A stretch of DNA of 63,937 bases, counting the filler, from Piptocephalis cylindrospora (lineage: Eukaryota), in assembly GCA_003614145.1 (NCBI GenBank). It is 4 parts of 4 records of this genome, joined end to end, with 100 filler letters (N's around TTAATTAATTAA, not from the genome) between each part and the next. Parts side by side here need not be neighbours in the genome. Positions count along the whole stretch, not along the records: positions 52,780 to 63,937 come from KZ988007.1; 3 more parts are not named here. One strand, 5' to 3'. Numbering within the stretch: the stretch's first letter is position 1; each line of letters begins with the position of its first letter. The notes under the pieces are model-generated. The model was not told the origin of the DNA. It saw nothing but the letters and a program-made list of their open reading frames with translations, and did no database searches. Below are positions 59,468-63,937 of the stretch, piece after piece. The position numbers were made by a program, and so were the translations under genes.

Positions 59468-61862
59468 TCACTCGGGCTGATCATCCGTAGGGGTGTTCAA
59501 CGTGTCCACAAGAGACTTGTGTTGCTGAAGCTCATAGACCACTTGTTCATCCACGGGAAGAGTGGACTTTCTCCGAGTGGTGGTGAAGTTGGCGGGCATT
59601 TCGCCGAATCGACCATCCATCTCCTCGGCCTGGTCCCTCTCCTCCCCTACTACCCCATTACCGGACCCATGAGGCTCCTCGGAGCCAGGGGGATGAAGGG
59701 CCCCACTCTGGGCCCCATCCACGCCATGGGAGAGGTGGGGCTGAGCCCCGGTCCCATCTACATCCATGTCCTGGTCCATGCCTGATCCTGGCTCACTGGA
59801 ATGGGCTTGACCCTCCGAGTTGATCCCGTTACCATCACCATCCTCCTCATCCTCCTCGTCATCCTCATCATACTCATCCACCCCGGCAATAGAGGGGAGG
59901 AATGGAACATGATGGATGGAGAGGGACTCTGGAGACTTTCCTCTAAGACTTGGGATTTGATCAGCATTGATCTTGGCCTCCTTTTCCAGCCTTTTCCACT
60001 TTTCTTCCCTTTCCCTCATCTTGGTCCTTTCGCTATGGGCAGGTCAAGGGGAGGATGAGTGTCAATGTGGCGCTTTACCCCAGGTCCAGCGCCCCCCCAC
60101 CTCAATGCATACCTTTGTCGATTGACCTTGTACTGCTGAGCACACTCGTCAAATAGGTTAGGGTCCATGTCCATGAGGAGCTTGAGGGCCGAGTAGACCA
60201 GGCCATGGATGGTACGATTCCAGTGGGTCTTGGAGTTACGGTAGAGAGCGGGGAAGAGGATAGGCATGATGTCTTGGACGTTCTCATTGATCAGGTTGAC
60301 AATGTACTCGTTATTCCAGTAGTATAAGGCTCGTTCAGCGACCTGGAAGTGGGGGGAGGAAACGGACCTGGCAACCTGACGGAAGAGGGGGAGACGGACC
60401 TTGTAGAACTCGGAGGGTTCGATGACATCGAGGATCTCCTCGAGTTCATTGAGGAACATGACCTCCTTGGGGGAGTTGACCTTGGGCCAGTAGCGAAGGA
60501 GGCCCATGACGACCTCCTGGGTAAGGGAAGGGTCCTTTTCCAGGAACTGGACGACGCAATAGGCCAGCTGAGGATGGTACAGGGAGAGGGACTTGACCTT
60601 GTGAAGGGGGATAAGGACCTTGGTGAGGAAGACCTTGTGTTCCTCCTTCAGGGGCAAAGCAAAGCCATTGATGATGGATCCAAGGATCTCCAGAAGTTCG
60701 GCGACGCCATTGTGCCTCTCGGTCTCGTAGATGAACTGGAAGAAGATGTGGTTGATGGACCGACGGATGAAGGCACGAAGGTTGAGGAACTTTCCGTAGA
60801 TACGGTGAAGGGTAGTCTTGAGAAAGTCTCTCTCCCGGGGATCCTCGCTGTCGAAGAGCTCGAGGAGCTGGAGGATGAAGGAGTGATCAATGTATTTCTT
60901 CGCAATGTTGGCATTAAAGTCGGGGGATTCGACGAATCGGAGGAAGAACTCGTAGACGATGCGGACATGGGGCCAAGCCAGTTCTAGGACGGGTTCATCC
61001 TCCTCTGGATCATAGGCATCCCCGGTTGGATTGACCTGAGGGGGTATGGTACGAAAGAGGTTTGTGGAGAACTAGGGAAGGAGGGGGGTATGAGATAGGG
61101 TGGGATAGGATGGCCGATTGTTCAATTGGTCCAGGTGGACATACCATGGAAAAAACCTCGGGGTAAATGGGTTCAATGATGGTGCCCTTGGTGGTGGAGA
61201 TATACTCGACGAGCTCGTCCAGGGCCTGACGCTTGACCTCCTTGCCATGCAGGTCAGAGAGGGCATCGTGAAAGTCAAAGATGACAGAGCATTGCTTGAG
61301 TTTACGCATAAAGAGCTCGGTCCTGTCGGCCTCGGGAACCTCGGAGAGGGCGGGGAGACTGACGAGCTCGACACGATGAGGGACGTGAAAGCGAGAGGAG
61401 GGGTGCCTTGCGGGTGATTTGGTCATGGTGGGGATGGCATCGGCGCCTCCGGGACCCAGCTTCAATCGACCTAGGGAGTTGGTGCGGGGAACCTCCTTCT
61501 TCGGGTTGGATATGGATCCAGCGGACTTTTCCTTCCTGACCCCCCCCCCCAGAGGGAGATGAGGATGGGGAGGTGGAGGGGTCGGAGGAGGATGGCACGG
61601 GGCTGGTGGGATCATTCCCGGATTGACCAGAGGATGTTTGACTAGTGGAGGAGGAGGAGGAAGAGGTGGAGACTGCGGTGGCTGTAGTGGTGGATGGAGA
61701 AGGGGAACCATCCTCTGGACTCTTTTTATTCCTGGAGAGCTACAAAGGGAAGATGGGGGGATGAGGGGTAGAGGAGGAGGAGAATTAGGAAGAGTGGTGT
61801 GAGAAGGAAATAACAAAGAAATGACTTACATTACCAAATCGGGTCTTGAGGCCCTTCATCAT
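59468..61862 (-). CDS. RTS1: PP2A regulatory subunit B56 (Rts1/Par1), multi-exon; one +1 frameshift at the G11 run 61540-61550
   Basis: [76 protein letters not shown]-terminus [17 protein letters not shown]. Confidence 0.93.
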
Positions 61863-61977
61863 GGACGCTAATGAAAAATTGAAAAGGAGGAGGAAGGGGT
61901 CCTAGGTAAGGGGAGGCACAGGGGGGGGGGGGGGGGGGGGGGGGGGGACAGATGGGTAGAGAAGAGGGGTGACTCAC

Positions 61978-63542
61978 TTGCTAAGGGCTACAAGACTCTG
62001 AACCCCGGAGCCCTTGAGCTTCAGATTGGCAAAGTCTCGGGTGGGCTCCCACATTTCGGTGATCATTTCGGGGAGGTAGCTGGCCATACTTTTACGGAAG
62101 GTCTTGGAGACGGATGACTTTCTGGCCAAAGGGCTTGCCCCCTGAGGATGATCAGCGTGACCTGAGGGGGATCCATGCTTATCTAAGGGTCCGCTCCCAT
62201 ACCCAGAGGATCCAGAGGCAGTGGAGCCAAAGCCAGCAGCGGGATCGCTAGATCCACCAGGGCCAGCTAATTTGAATATGTGAACGGTGTCCGAATCAGA
62301 CGAGACGCACAGGAGGGTGGAGACAAGGTTGAAGGAGATGCCGTAGATTCTAGCAGGGTAGGAGCCTCGACGAAACTGATAGAGCTTCTGGGCGTCTGGC
62401 AGAGAAAAGACGCGAATAACCGTTCCCTAAAGAAGGCATGGGTCATTAAGTAATGCTACCTCCTCCTCCCATGAAATCCGGCATATCCGAGTCAATTTAC
62501 CTTGTCAGAAGCCGTAGCCATCATGGTACCGTCCGAGTTGATACTGACACAACTGACGGGGCTCTTGTGGGCTTGAACCATGTTGACGACCTGTAGACTC
62601 AGAGTATCAAAGATGAGAATGTCACCGCTACCGTGAGAACCGAGGCCTGAGGAGATGGAGCCGACAGAGTTACCGGGGACACCGGAGGAGGGAATGGAGG
62701 AGGAGGAGACAGATGCAGCGGAGGACCCGGCAAAGGGGGAGGCCGAGGAGGGGGAGTGAGAGGGGTAGACGAGGTAGCAGTTCTCGCTACTCGGAGAAAG
62801 AGCAATGACGGCATTGGTGTTTGGGGAAGTTTCGATGGTATGGACGAGCTTCATGTTGGAGATATCATAGACGTAGATCTGTTCCTCAAGAAGGACAACC
62901 AGCCTTCTCCTGTTGAGTTTGACGGCAAGGACCGTGGTTGGGAATGTGAGTTCGCATATGGTGGATTGTCTCTGATGGGATGGGAGAACAAGAGTGAATC
63001 AGATGGAATAGAGTATGGAGAGGGGAATGAATGAATGGAGCAGGATAAAGGGGTGAGAATGGGTAGACAGACGCCTAATCTTTCTCTTTCATCTATCCAT
63101 GGCGTACCTTAGTGTTGATGATTTGAAGACGACGAGGAGAAAAGTTGGATTGTTCTCCAGCACCGACGAGGGCGACCAATGAGGTGCAAAATAGCATTTC
63201 CACGACACCCATACCTCCGTTCACTAGGGCGGAAAGGAAAGGAGCGAGGGCATGAGTATGCGGGATGCCAGGCACATAGGAGGAGGGATGGATAGGGCTT
63301 ACTCTTGGAGTAACATTTGCTAAAGGGATCGCAGTTGTAGATTTTGTACCCATATTTGGTACCGATGGAGATGCAACTGACGATAAATAGGATTTGGGAT
63401 TGGTTGGTTAAGGTTTGGGACGATCAGGGAGACTGGCGGGTGCTACGCGTCTACATTGCTAGTGTTACAGCAGGTCTTACCTGAAATCCTGGTTAAAGTT
63501 GATGAAAAGCAACTCGTTTTTAGATTGGCTTCCGATATTCAT
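61978..63542 (-). CDS. ATG18: PROPPIN beta-propeller Atg18/WIPI, multi-exon; final exon not present
   Basis: [79 protein letters not shown]; the last visible exon ends at a GTGAGT donor (61977). Confidence 0.93.
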
Positions 63543-63937
63543 GATCCAAGTGACGCCGTATGTAAGAGATATGACAGAGGGATTTGGGTCGATCTGGTGT
63601 TGAGTTCAAAAGGTATAGAGAAGGGGGTCGGAGAAGGGGGGTAACAGCAGACACTAGAGGATCAGTGAGGATACGACGAGATATGATGAAAGGAGAGAAG
63701 AGGAAGAAGAGAGGGAGAGAGGGAATAAGGAGGAAAGGGAGGAAGGAGAAGAAGGAGGTATCAGGAGGAAGAAAAGGGACCGGGGAGGAAGAGCGATCTT
63801 GAGAGCCTGGGATGACATGCGGGTGGGGTGGGGGGGGGGGTGGGGCAAGTGAAGAAGAAGGCTGTGTGCAGACCTTGTCTCCCCTCCCCGCCCCGCTGGT
63901 GGTAAGAGGCAAGAGGGGTGCAGGTGGGGGGGGGGGT

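Noticed and set aside
61863..61978. ATG18-RTS1 gene fusion
   Set aside because: Both available acceptors give out-of-frame products that stop within a few codons.
1..63937. CRISPR arrays, rRNA or prokaryotic operons
   Set aside because: No regularly spaced repeat-spacer array, rRNA signature or operon-like structure seen; the content is eukaryotic.

Overview
Compact, intron-rich fungal genomic DNA (short GT-AG introns, standard code). The gene content and style suggest an early-diverging fungus, possibly a Zoopagomycota mycoparasite such as Piptocephalis; that assignment is inference. The window is four unrelated contigs joined by artificial N44-TTAATTAATTAA-N44 linkers (17527-17626, 35121-35220, 52680-52779). 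Most genes are housekeeping: PEX11, TFIIIC tau95, HSC20/JAC1, CDC1, PMC1, RAV1 (partial), DCP1, a HECT E3, MIC60, PAC3, a DUF726 protein, tRNA-Gln, a MATE transporter (partial), RPL23/RPL27, PP2A B56 and ATG18. The main points of interest are: (1) a ~5.7 kb block (about 37900-43630) that looks like filamentous-ascomycete DNA, with a foldback/MITE, an intact intronless GST, an NLR-type TPR remnant, a stop-riddled two-ORF DD34E Tc1/IS630 element with RIP-like changes, and bracketing direct repeats; (2) a membrane-anchored, double-trefoil GH31 protein that has lost both catalytic aspartates; (3) an orphan signal peptide + ectodomain + 7TM receptor-like protein; (4) a non-RD kinase fused to Sel1 repeats. 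Three conserved genes carry +1 frameshifts at or near G/C homopolymers, and ATG18 lacks its last exon at a G27 run; these are probably assembly errors.
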